DNA of 60,000 bases from Malacoraja senta (Eukaryota): contig CM075988.1 of NCBI GenBank assembly GCA_038087875.1, positions 25,918,001-25,978,000 of the forward strand, in the 5' to 3' direction. A program made the position numbers and the translations under genes. The notes beneath the pieces were generated by a model. It saw only the letters and a program-made list of their open reading frames with translations. It was not told the DNA's origin and did no database searches. How positions within the stretch are numbered: position 1 is the stretch's first letter; every line of letters begins with the position of its first letter. Positions 46,240 through 58,535 of this stretch are shown here, piece by piece.

Positions 46240-46620
46240 GTTGCTTGTGTGCCGCGCTATTCAGATTGCGAGGTGAGCAGGTCTCTCTGGTGCATTCCGA
46301 ACGGCTCCTCCCTCAGGCCCCGGAAGCTGAATGTGGTGGTTGCCTTCCGGCGACGGCAGCTGCGCGGCGGCTGCTGCTGAATTCAGATTGCGGGGCGGCG
46401 GTCCTCCCCCACACACAAACAGACTCCCCAAAATGGCGCACACAGCTCGGACTCGCTTCCCAGCTCGGCCCTGGAAAAAATCAGGACGTTCACGGATCCT
46501 GGGCTTGAAGAAGGATTTTAAACACGGATTCGACGCCGCACTGCCAGTCTCTGCCGCTATCGGCAAAAACCTCCACAAGTTCCACGACCTCTTCGGAGAA
46601 AGCAGCAGCAGTGAGGTGAA
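46240..46620. promoter_or_regulatory. CpG island / KMT2A promoter and 5' UTR
   Basis: CpG-rich; ETS-like CCGGAAG near 46320; YY1-like CAAAATGGCG at the start codon. Confidence 0.7.
46433..46615 (+). CDS. KMT2A: Histone-lysine N-methyltransferase 2A (MLL1) coding exon 1; no further exons recognised in the window
   Basis: MAHTARTRFPARP (menin-binding motif, cf. human MAHSCRWRFPARP) and GFDAALPVSAAIGKNLHKFHDLFGES (cf. GFDAALQVSAAIGTNLRRFRAVFGES). aaaATGG Kozak, phase-0 donor GAG|gtgaa, and position downstream of ATP5MG as in human. Confidence 0.92.
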
Positions 46621-46918
46621 TTTTTTTTGAGAAGAGGGGGAGAATTTTTTTTTTTTTAAGATAGCCCTATTTTTTTTGAAGAATGGACGGGGCAATAAAC
46701 AGTGGCAGTGTTGAGTGAAGTGGGGAGGAGAGCTGAGTGAGTGCGAAGCTGGTGTGGAGCAGGAGCTGCCCGTGTGACAGTCAGATCTGACATCCAGCCA
46801 CCAAGAGGGGAGGGAGGGAGGGAGGGAGGTGGTCGCATTCTTTAGGGGGGCAGCAAAAAAAAAAGGCCAGGATTATTGAGAATGTGTTCTCTGTTAAAGT
46901 TCCACTTTGTAAAAAAAA

Positions 46919-46921
<3 letters not shown>

Positions 46922-46951
<30 letters not shown>
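46922..46951. repeat. (TA)n microsatellite
   Basis: Seen directly. Confidence 0.9.
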
Positions 46952-46958
<7 letters not shown>

Positions 46959-48171
46959 GCGATATACATTAACGTTACGCTGCCCAGAGCTGGAGTTGCA
47001 GCCTGCCTCCTTCTGCATTTCTAATCACCTGTTTGGCGGGCTTTCCTCCAGCGACCGCCATCATGTTCATGATGCAAATTCAGCTCAGCATTTTTTATAT
47101 ATCGTCCTTGCACTCACTTCATGCCACTTATTTTCAGTGCCTATGTATGCAAATCTGCATTTTAAAATTGCATCATTAATTTTCCATTCACCGTATTTTT
47201 TTGCAGCATTTGCAAATATCTGGTCATCAACTTCACGCTGAAATTATATTTTTCTCTGCGTCCAGTGGAGGCAGCTTTTTTTGGGGTGGTAGGGGGTTGC
47301 AGTTGTTGATACAGTCCCGTTAACCTTGACTCGTGCTTTTGAGTTGACAGAGTAAAGTTTGCATTATAATTTGGTGAATTCTTAGCCAACCTTTTCCTAA
47401 CCACACCCCTGCTGTCCAGTATTTCAGTGCCTGTATGATTCATTTTAGTATACTGTTATAACTCGATTCAGATTGAAACCTGAGTAATTCATATTGTTAC
47501 AGTTTAAAATGAAAAAGCCCCTTTTGTCAGTGTTTAAAATAAAAATAGCTTAATTCTTTGCAAACAGTTATATTGAGCAGTTTGTATAATGCAGCAGGTA
47601 ATCATTTTTTTGCAGAAAGTGTATCGCCCAAATTTGGGTAGGAATAATGCACTTAGATGTACTTGGGATCTTAACAAGGGTAGTTTTTTGCGGGACAATT
47701 TTTTATTAATTTTGTGGGGTGATAGCATTGAAAAAGATAGTTCTCAGACTTGAATTTCCAGCAGAGGTAGCACTTCAAGGGACTTTGGATTTAATCTTTT
47801 TGAGATGTCAACTCCATTTTAATGCTTAAGGTGCTTACCACTGAAAATAAAATTTTGTTATGTTTTTAGATGGGTGTAGGGGTGTACCCTTGTAAAATGC
47901 GTAGTTATTTATTGTTTATAATTAGAATGAAAATTTAGTGTGGCAGGAAAAACACCGTGAAATAACATGCAGCAGGTAAGTGTAGGAAACATATCAAGGC
48001 ATCAAAGTTGCATTAATCTAATTTATGTTATATTAATTATATTGTGACTAAAATGTTAACGTCTACAGTGTTCAGACCTGCTTAACTATCCTTTCAAAGA
48101 GCAGGTAGATCATTTCCTGCAATCCATGCTGCATGATGGATGTCACATAATGTCACGTGTGTCACATAACT

Positions 48172-49579
48172 GGACCAGTTCCTGTGGACTGGAGGGTAGC
48201 CAATGTAATCCCACTTTTAAGAAAGGGGGGATAGAGAAAATGGGGAATTATAGACCAGTTAGCCTTACATCGGTAGTGGGGAAGATGCTTGAGTCGATTG
48301 TTAAAGATGTTATAGCAGCGCATTTGAAAAGCAGTGACATAATCGGTCAAAGTCAGCATGGATTTCATGAAGGGGAAATCATGCTTGACTAATCTTCTGG
48401 AATTTTTTGAGAATGTAACAAGTAGAATGGATAAGGGAGAGCCAGTGGATGGTGTATCTGGTGTTTCAAAAAGCCTTTGACTAGGTCCCACACAAGAGAT
48501 TAGAGTGCAAAATTAGAGCACATGGTATTGGGGGTAGGGTATTGTAATGGATAGAGAACTGGTTGGCAGACAGGAAGCAAAGAGTAAGAATTTACGGGTC
48601 CTTTTCATAATGGCAGGCAGTGACTAGTAGGGTGCCGCAAGGCTCGGTGCTGGGACCCCAGTTATTTACAAGGTATATTAATGATTTAGACGGGGGAATT
48701 AAATGTGACATCTCTAAGTTTGCGAATGACATAAAACTGGGTGGCAGTGTGAGCTGCGATGAGGCTGCAGGGTGACTTGGATAGGATGGGTGAGTGAGCA
48801 GATGCATGGCAGATGCAGTATAATGTGGATAAATGTGAGGTTATGCACTTTGGTGGCAAGAACAGGAAGGCAGATTATTATCTGAATGGTATCGGATTAG
48901 GAAAAGGGGAAATGCAATGAGACCTGGGTGTGCTTTTACATCAGTCGCTGAAAGTAAGCATGCAGGTACAGGCAGTGAAGAAAGCTAATGGCATGTTGGC
49001 CTTCATTGTGAGAGGATTTAAGTTTAGGAGCAAGGAGGTCCGACTGCAGTTGGACAGAGCCCTGTTTTGAGGAAGGACATTAATGTTGTTGAGGGAGTGC
49101 AGTGTAAGTTCACCAGGTTAATTCCCAGGATGTCGGGACTGACATATGATGAAAGAATGGGTCGACTGGGATTGTATTCACTGGAATTTAGAAGGATGAG
49201 AGTGGATCTTATAGAAACATATAAAATTCTTAGAGGATTGGACAGGGTAGATGCATGAAATATGTTCCTGATGTTAGGGGAGTCCCGAACCAGGGGTCAC
49301 AGTTTAAGAATAAGGGGTAGGCCATTTAGGACTGAGATGAGGAAAAACTTCTTCACCCAGAGAGTTGAGAATCTTTGGAATTTTCTGCCACAGAAAATTC
49401 ACTGGATGTTTTCAAGAGGGAGTTAGATTTAGCTCTTAGGGTTATAGGAATTAAGGGATATGGGGAAAAAGCGGGAATGGGGTACTGATTTTAGATGATC
49501 AACCATGATCATATTGAATGGTGGTGCTGGCTCGAAGGGCCGAATGGCCTACTCCTGTACCTATTTTCTATGTTTCTAT
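48172..49579 (+). mobile_element. CR1-type LINE, 5'-truncated, degenerate RT
   Basis: GNYRPVSLTSVVGKMLESIVKD, SQHGF, PQGSVLGP and FANDIK motifs; 3' tail tttctatg. Confidence 0.92.
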
Positions 49580-51593
49580 AATAATTACCTTAAAATGCAG
49601 AAACTGACAATTTCTGAATTTGGATGAACTGTACTGGTGCCGGGCATCCCAGATTTGATTTGAAGATGAAACCTACTTCAGATGCTGACCATCATGAAAG
49701 TATTCAATTGTTTGTCAGCTTTTCTATTTAAGGCAGGTGGGACATGTGCAGCTGGGACATGTTGGCCGGTGTGGGCAAGTTGCGCCGAAGAGCCTGTTTC
49801 CACACTGTCACTATGACTCTAATATTATTACTTATTTAACTTGTTTGTATGAATGTGGCAGATGATTGCCGATTGTCAAAGGCCATCGCTGGTTTAAACC
49901 TTTCCATAGTTGATCTTTGCATTTCAATATTTGGGGGGGGGGGGGGGGGAATCCATGCGTGAAAACCCTTTTCACTTTTCACAATTACTCAACACTTGAA
50001 ATATTAGAGACAGCATAAAGGTTTTGGAAAAAAACAGGCAAAGTCATCAGCTTGACTGAAGCGATAAAAAGACTTAGTTAGTTTTTATTTGTATTTATAA
50101 CATCCTTGTATAAAAATATGATGAAGATTCTCGACCCAAAACCTCACCTATTCCTTTTCTCCAGGGATGCTGCCTGCCCCGCTGAGTTACTCCAGCTTTT
50201 TGTGTATATCTTTGGTGTAAACCAGCATCTGCAGTTTCTTATACATTCTTGTATGCAATATTTCTAGTAGTTTATTTTGATACCGCCTGATTGTGAATAA
50301 CCATTTATTGTCCTCTTTTCAACCTCCTTCCCCACTGATCTTGGAGACTAAATGTTCCATTTGTGGTGTAAATGGCCAGTATTCAGCATTTGCTAATCGC
50401 ATACTCCTGATGCCCAGATTCCATAATCTCGCCTGATTTAAATTTCTTTCTTCCCCATCATCGATGATTTTTTTCAGAGCAATTTGTCGTCATCTGGCTT
50501 TGATTAGTGGCTAAGCAAGGGTGCTGGTGATCGGACAGAGGTCTTTGAATCTCAATGGTTCAACACCTTGGATGGTGTGCTGAATTGTGTGCTTCCATGG
50601 TTAATGTTTTTAAAAATAAGATTTCAAATGTTTTAAAGAACAAGGGTATCATCTTGGAAACACAACTGCAGAAACTGGAATCTTGAGCAAAGTGCAAAAG
50701 GGTGGAGAAACTCAACAGGTCAGGCAGCACTGTGGAGGGAAATGGACAGGTTACATTGCAGATCGGGACTCTTCCTCAAACCTGACCTGAAATGCGACCT
50801 GTCCTTCCCTCCACAGATGCTGCATGACCCACAGTTCTTCCAGCCTTTTTTTTTTATCGCTCAAGATTCTTATAGTTTCTTATGTCTTTGATACTCTTGT
50901 TCATTTTTAGATCCTTTATATGTGCAGTTTGGCAGTGCATTTTTTAAATAACACTGATTATCTTCTGTCCTTTATTGATGTACTTTCCACTTGGTTTAAA
51001 ATCTAAATCCTCCTCGGTAATCATTCAGGGATTATATCCCTGGAAGTGATTTTATTGATTTTTTTATTCAATACATCCTAATAAAATACAGCAATGCTGT
51101 GGAGAGGGTAACGTAGGAGATAATTTATAGATATTTTATCAGCATACAAAGGTACTGGATACTTTAACAAAGAAGAAAATGCTGGAAACACTCAACAGGT
51201 CAGTCAGCATCCATGGTCAACCAAAATGTTAACTGTTTCTCTTTCCATGCGTGCTTAGTGTTTTTATTTCAGATTTTCAATGACTGCGTTTTTTTCACAT
51301 ACTGGATACTTTATTGGTTGAGACTTAAAAGGCATTATAGTTAAGAGAGGAGACTTCCTCTGTACGGTTATTTCCTTTCAGCAAAGCAGACCGAGTGAAA
51401 ATTTAATAAAAAAGGGATAAAATTGAAGCTCAGGTGCAGTGAGCAGATGGATTTATTTCCTTTCGAAAAATTAATAACTGTAAGCAATACGAATTCAAGT
51501 TAATCAATAGAAGGATTGAATGAGTATTGACTTTTTTTTCACATGATTAACAGGGATATGAAACTTGTTATCTGAAAGGCTAGTGGATGTAAA

Positions 51594-51970
51594 AACATAG
51601 AAAATAGGTGCAGGAGTAGGTCATTCGGCCATTCATTATGATCATGGCTGAAATTCCAAAATCAGTGCCCTGTTTCAGTTTTCTCCCCATATCCCTTTAT
51701 TCCGTTAGCCTTAAGAGCTAATTCTCTCTCATGAAAACATCCAGTGAATTGGTCTCCACTGCATTCTGTGGCAGAGAATTGCACAGATTCACAACTCTCT
51801 GGGTGAAAAAGTTTTTCCTCATCTCAGTCCTAAATGGCCTACCCTTTATTTTTACACTGTGACCCATGCTTCTGGACTCCCCCAACACGGGGAACATCTT
51901 TCCTGCATCTAGCCTGTCTAAGCGCATAAGAATCTTATATGTTTCTATAAGATCCCCTCTCATCCTTAGA
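51594..51970 (-). mobile_element. CR1-type LINE 3' fragment
   Basis: [25 protein letters not shown]...KNFFTQRVVNL. Confidence 0.88.
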
Positions 51971-53214
51971 AATGGTCATCAAATATAAAAGTTCCTCAAT
52001 GAGCCATGAACTCTAATCTGCAAGGTTATAGTTTTGCCTGTCAAGTGGGATTAATTTAGTTAATTTTTGGTCAATGTCAACATGATGGGCTGACTGGTCT
52101 ATGGCTGTGGTGCGGTTTGTATGATTAACTCCGTGGTTGAGGTTTTATATCCCGCTCATCAGAAAAAAAACTCTGCTTGAGATCAGCTAATTTACAGTAA
52201 CACAGTATTGGAATGTTGCTTTTAAGTTCTTGTGATACAGAGTTAGAGGTACTAAGTTCTGTCATAAAGTGCATACATCCAGGCTGAAGGGATGCCTGCA
52301 TTTTTTGCCAATATCAACATCCTCAATTGTTTAAAATCAGATGATATCAACAATCTTCCTTTGTGATTACAGAAACGACCACCTTGAGTCAAGTTCCAGT
52401 TGGAATCAGTGTAATTTTAAGTAGACGGGGAGTTGAGTGACTCCTGTACAGCATCTCACCTTACAGCGTCTTATTTACAAATGGGATTGCCAGATCCAGA
52501 CATCTCTGTATAATGAGGGTGGTGGAGGTATAATAAGGCATAAAGGAAGCCTAATAGGACAAAGACTAGAATAAGCTGGATAGAGGTGAAAGGAAATTAA
52601 GAAAAACAAATAAGTGGCAACATTGCTGTCAGATAAAATCAAATAGAATTTCTGAGTATATTAAGAATAGGATGATTGGTATGGAAAAAAAGTAGTGCCT
52701 GTTAGGACCAAAAGAATGTGGGTGAGTTCTCAATGAATATTACTGCACGATAAAGGACGATTGTGACAATGGTATTTAGGAAATATGTGGAAGATTGGAT
52801 GGGGTGAGTAAAAGAGGACCTATTAGGGGGAGTTTCTTTGAAAATTGATAAATTGCCAGGCCTAGAATTATATGTGAAGCATGTTAAAATAATCAAGAGA
52901 GCAAATTGCCGAGGCTCTGATCATTTTGCAGTCATTTCTGCCTGCAGGAGTGGTGCCATGGAATTGTCAGGCTGCTAATATTGTACTGTTGGTATAAGAG
53001 GGAGGAATGGATTACCCCCCCCCCCCCCCCCCCCAAAGTACAAGGCTGTTGTTTTACCTTTGGTTATGGGCATATTCTTGGATCAGTTGCGAGGATCATT
53101 TAGATGGTCATAGATAAATTAAGGACAGTCAGCAGGGATTTAAGATTGTGTCTACTTTAATTTCAAGGAGTTCTGTGAGGACAATGCATTAGATATGATG
53201 TATGTGATTTTAAT

Positions 53215-53530
53215 TAACATGACAGTGCAGCATTTGTTGCTGCAGCCTCATAGTTTAGAGGAGTTGGGTTCGATCCTGAGCTCTGGTGGTGTCTGTATGG
53301 AGTTTGCCCTGTGCATGTTTCCTTTGGCTGTTCTACAGTGTCCCATATCCTAAAGATGTGCTGGTAGGTTAATTGGCTAATGTAAATATAAATTGCTCAA
53401 AGTGGGTAAGTTGTATACAATTGAGGGAAGAGGGTCAGTTATAGGACCGCTGGGAAATAAGAGTGGATGAATGACACTGATAGGATTGTTGTGTGGGTAC
53501 TTGTTTGACTCTGGACCATATCTTAAATGA
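53215..53530 (+). mobile_element. Degenerate HE1-like SINE
   Basis: gggttcgatcc B-box, tgtctgtatggagtttgc core, tcccatatcctaaaga. Confidence 0.65.
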
Positions 53531-56500
53531 ACTAAGCAACTAATTTGGCAAATTTAACAAAGACCCTCGCAGCAGACTGGTTTGAAATGTCATTGGAGCA
53601 AAACTTGTACTGCTGACATTCTGAAATTAACATGTCAGAAGAACATACAGGTCCAGCAGTATCTGTGGTGAATGAAATAGTTAGTGTATGAGTCGAGGAT
53701 CTTTTGAATGCTTCCAGCATTTTCTGTTTTGGTCAAAGAATGTAAATTTCCATTGGATTTGAAGAGTAATGTCTTGATCCAAATTTGGATCAGTGGCATA
53801 AAGTAGAGAGTAAGGATTGACAGATTTTTTTTAATGATTAGAAGGCTCTTTACATTGGGATTCGCCAAAGCCTTTCATTTTATATATATTGTTGACAGAT
53901 TTAAGTATATGAGAGAAAGCAAATAACTTTCCCAATGATACAAATATTGGCCATAAAGTTCAATAAATAAATTACTTTACCTGCCGAGTTCTTCCAGTAG
54001 GGTCTATGGAGGTAAAGGGATGGTTGCCATTTCATTTGAAGGACATTGTCAAAGAGCAGTAAGAAAGGGATTCACATTGAAGAGAAGTGGAGAATTTCAA
54101 AGTGGGGTTACATTAGTAAATTTGCATTGGTGCAGTTTGGAGATGCAAGAGATTGCAAATGCTGTATCTGGAGCACAAAATGAACTGCTTGAAGAATGCT
54201 GCGGATCAGGAACCATCTGTGGAGGCAAGTTTAAAATTATAACTAGCAAGATGATCGGCATTTACGGTTGTTGCAAGTTACAGAGAGCACCAAGGAGAAT
54301 TTTTTGTTAGTGTATAGAATTGAGGGGTCCAGATAGAATAAATGGGAAGAACATTGTTTTCCCTGTTGGAGATTTGGAGTTGGAAGTCAAAAATCAAGTA
54401 GTAGATTGAAATAGTTAGAGGAGGGATTAGATTACCTCATTGGTGCCCCTTGGTCTATCTTTGATCGGGCTTTACTGGCTTTGTCTTGCACTAATCATTA
54501 TTCACATTATTTCCCCTTATCGTGTATCTGTACACTATGAATGGCTCAATTGTAATCATGTATTGTCTTTCCACTGTCTGGTTAGCACGCAACAAAACTT
54601 TTCACTGTACCTCGGTACACGTGACAATAAACTAAACTGAACTGAAGGGAGGCAACTGGTGGGTTTGGAATGCTGTCTGAACGGCTGGTAGAGTAGAAAC
54701 TTTCACTGCATTCATAAAACTAGTTGAAATGCTTTAACGTTCATGGGTTACTGGTCAAGTGCTGGAGGTAGAATTAAGGGGGGTGGGTAGAACTTCGATT
54801 AAAAGGCAATCTCTGGAGTCTTAAATTATTTTGATTCATAAAATTGTTAGATGAGTTATGGGAATTTCCAGTTAAATGGTGTACCCATATAATATCCTAT
54901 ATCTCACTATGTATAGATTTGAACCTGATTTAATAAGAGTGTTATTTGGTGCTTGCTAACACAGTAGTCATTTGGGGATTGTGGTTAATTCATGAGCTGA
55001 GACATAGGAACTGCTGTCCCCGCTTGAGGTATCTGACTTGAAGCATTAATTTTGTGTTTCAATGGTCCTTTAATGTCACGTGTACCGAGGTACAGTGAAA
55101 TTTGATTTACCATATAGTCATTCAAAAAAAAAGCAACAAGATACATAACTACATAAAGATTAAACATAGACTTAAACAGCCACCACAGCGGTGTGTGAGA
55201 ATCCCTAAGGCACACAGCATAAGTGGAGACCAACAGCCATCAGTTCAATGTCCGGGCTACTCACATGCTCGTTCATCGTGATGTGACCAGAGTTGTACCA
55301 ACTGCTGTCGCTCTCTCTGCAGTCCCTGTCCGCCCGAACAGTCAGAAAGCCGCCGCTCTCGCACTAGACGGGATGTCCTCATGTGGCGATGTCCGCGCAA
55401 AACACCGAGATCACTGCACTCACGGCACTCCCTCCGAGTCCTCACCAGTGCAGGCAGCACGTTCATCTTGTTATCGGCGACCTCACATTCCCCACTGTGA
55501 TGGAAGGCAAATAACGTATACCTTCTTTCCAGAGCTGTTGCTTGGCCTACTGTGTGGTTCCAGCATTCTATTTTTATTTCAGATTTGTGACATCTGCAAA
55601 GTTTTTAAATGTTCACTACTTGACACTTGAGGCCTTGTGGGCCCTGCAGTAATAGTGGTAATGGGCAAATAATAGTGACCAAATTTGAGACAGACTAGGC
55701 CAACATGTCAGAATTGTCCATTTTCAGATTGCTCTTTCACAGTTCCCAGTTTTCCTAAAGAGTGTGTTTTTCTTTGGAGTGTATGTGCATTCTATGAGAT
55801 GAATGCCCTCTTGCTTGTTCAAGTGCCAAATTTTCATAAGATGCTGGGTACGTAATGTTTGGGAGCAGGATGCTTCACAGTAGCACTGTTCTCAGCAGCA
55901 CTGTTTTCCATTCAGATTTTGAGGGAAGAGGAGGCAGTACAGCCACTGGATGTTCAGCCTAGGGTTGTTTTTGCTGTGACAGAAATTGGAGGTTGACTTT
56001 TAATGGGAAACACTGAAGTGTTATACTCTTGGTCTGAGATATTCAGGTCGGAACAATAATCAAAGCCACAGTTGAAAATTATAACTAGCTTCAGTATATT
56101 GTGAAATATATACTGCTTTAACTTTTTAAACCCCTTTTACCATCATTACACAATGTCTTGGTTGTTTTGCATTGCATCCCTGTTATTCTTTCTGCCTGGA
56201 AGTGATGATTGATGCTGGACTGTAGATCTAAATGGCATTCAATGCCTCTTTTGGTTATTGATGGGTTATTTGATTGTGGAAAGTGGATCTATTTTTATCC
56301 AATGTCCTATGACAAATCTACCAGCAGAGGGAGCAATGTGTATGTTTGTTTATCTCACAGTGAAGCTAACTTTCTGAAGAAGGGTCTCGACCCGAACGTC
56401 ACCCATTCTTTCTCTCCAGAGATGCTGCCTGTCCCGCTGAGTTACTCCAGCTTTTTGTGTCTATCTTTGGTTTAAACCAGCATCTGCAGTTCCTTCCTGC

Positions 56501-57342
56501 ACACTAACTATTTTGACTTGTCTTTGACTAGGTACCTTAAATCTGCTACATGTAAAACATCTTTCTGGTCTGTAAGATTCTATATTCATGCTTATCCACT
56601 TAACGTTGGAGCACCCCTATTTTGCAGAAGAGATCCTTCCATGGTATTTTACAAGCTTCACAATTTAACTGCTTTCTTTGTGTGAGCACTGAGTTACTTG
56701 GATGAAACGTCCCCTTTTCTGTTCTTTGCTCACCATTCACTGATATTTGCAATGAGTAACTTTTGGATGGCATTAAAGTGCTCAATACAACTTCGGAATA
56801 AGAGATTGTCCTTGGTGGTACAGCATGTGCCTTTTAGGCAGAAATTGTAAATTCAAACACAAATATTAGACGAAATGACATATTTTGTGAATTCAATACT
56901 GGTCATGGAGCGTGGAAACGTTCTGATTCTCGGTTAAGAGTTGAAACAGAGTTGCTGCATATGTGCTCAAATGAGCATAAGGGTCCATGGTTCTTTTGAA
57001 GAGTGGTAGGTTATGTTCTACCCATGTTTTCTTGTTCAATAGACATTAAAAGAATGACAATTTGCCATCTCATTGTGCATTTGTGGGTCTACATTGTGTA
57101 TATTTGGGCTGTTGTGTTTACATACGTTGAAGTGACTGGCATTTGAAAATAATTTCTCATCCAGAGTCAATTTAAAATGAACCTTTCACTGGACTTATTT
57201 GTAAAATACAAGCTTAATTTGTATCCTGGAGTCTATTTTCCATATATAAGCATGAATGTTAGAAATAAGTTCAGAGTAATGATCATTTAAAATCTACTTG
57301 AGGAAGAATAGTCCTGTTAAATTACAATCTGGTTAGAAATTA

Positions 57343-57695
57343 GGAGGCTGGGGGGTGACCTTACTGAGGTGTCAAGATTATAAGGGGCGTGGATAAAGTG
57401 AACGCTTAGCCTATTTTCCAGAGTAGAGGATTCTAAAACTAGACGCCAGAGGCTTAGGCGAGATTTAAAAGACACCTTAGGGGAGACCTTTCCACTTGGA
57501 GGGTAGTCCGTATCTGGAATGTGTTGCTAGAGGAAGCTATAGAAGGAGATGTAATTGCAACTTTTAAGATATCTGGGCAGATTTATAGATATTGAGGGTT
57601 TAGAGATATGGGACAAATGGGACTAGCCCAGAATGGGTTACTATGGGACTAGCCTAGTTGGCATGGGCAAAGTGCGCTGAAGTGCCTCTGTACTG
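57343..57695 (+). mobile_element. Degenerate CR1 3' fragment
   Basis: ggaggctggggggtgaccttactgagg; tail resembles the other CR1 ends. Confidence 0.7.
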
Positions 57696-58535
57696 TACAG
57701 TATGGATTGAGCTGAGATATAGACTGAAATATTCCTATGCTGTTTTTGATAAGTCGTTATTTGAGTGGCGAATGAGGCTGAAAACTGGAGATGCAGCTAA
57801 AAGTGAATATTCTAGTCATCTGTCAGGTGGAATTTATGTAGAAGCATACATTTAAGTTGTTGCAATATGATTCGCCGATTTGTTCAGAATTTGCAGAAGG
57901 AATGGTCGGGTTGTGTTTGGTGGCAATGGGCTTAAATTGCTCAATGCATTAAATAATGACTAATTAGCATTCCCCTTTGGTCAATGTACATTTCTGGCTA
58001 TGTGTAAGAGCTAAAACTTAGTCTAGCCTGGATTAGTGTAGGTTTAAGTGTAAAAGCCACCTAATATTGATAAACTTATAATTTGTACCTTTAGTGCTCT
58101 CTACCTGCTGGCAGAATTTCGTGAGGAACAGTGGCCCTCTCCTACCTTGTCAAAGTTATCTGACTAGCAATGACGTTATATTTAGGAAAGGAAGGTTGGA
58201 GGAGTAGGCTTTTTTTTTTGGAGTGAATAGCAAAGATAACCTTGGTACTTAATCTCTTGATCCCATTTTGTCTGTTTCCCCCAAATGATGCAGCTCATTC
58301 TGACGAATCTACTATTTGGGCAAAAAACAAATTCATCACCAACAAGCTTGGTCTGAATATGGGTCTTGACCCAAAACGTCACCTATTTCTTCTCTCCAGA
58401 GACGCTGCTTGACCTGCTGAGTTACTCCAGCTCTTTGTCTTGTGTAAACCAGCAACTGCAGTTTCTTCCTACACGGCTTGGGAATAAACTCATTTGCATA
58501 TATCCCAATACAGAACTAAGAACAGGAGCTCAAAC

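Noticed and set aside
46261..46695. 144-aa minus-strand ORF over KMT2A exon 1
   Set aside because: Antisense shadow of a GC-rich coding exon, with a non-ATG start and no independent support
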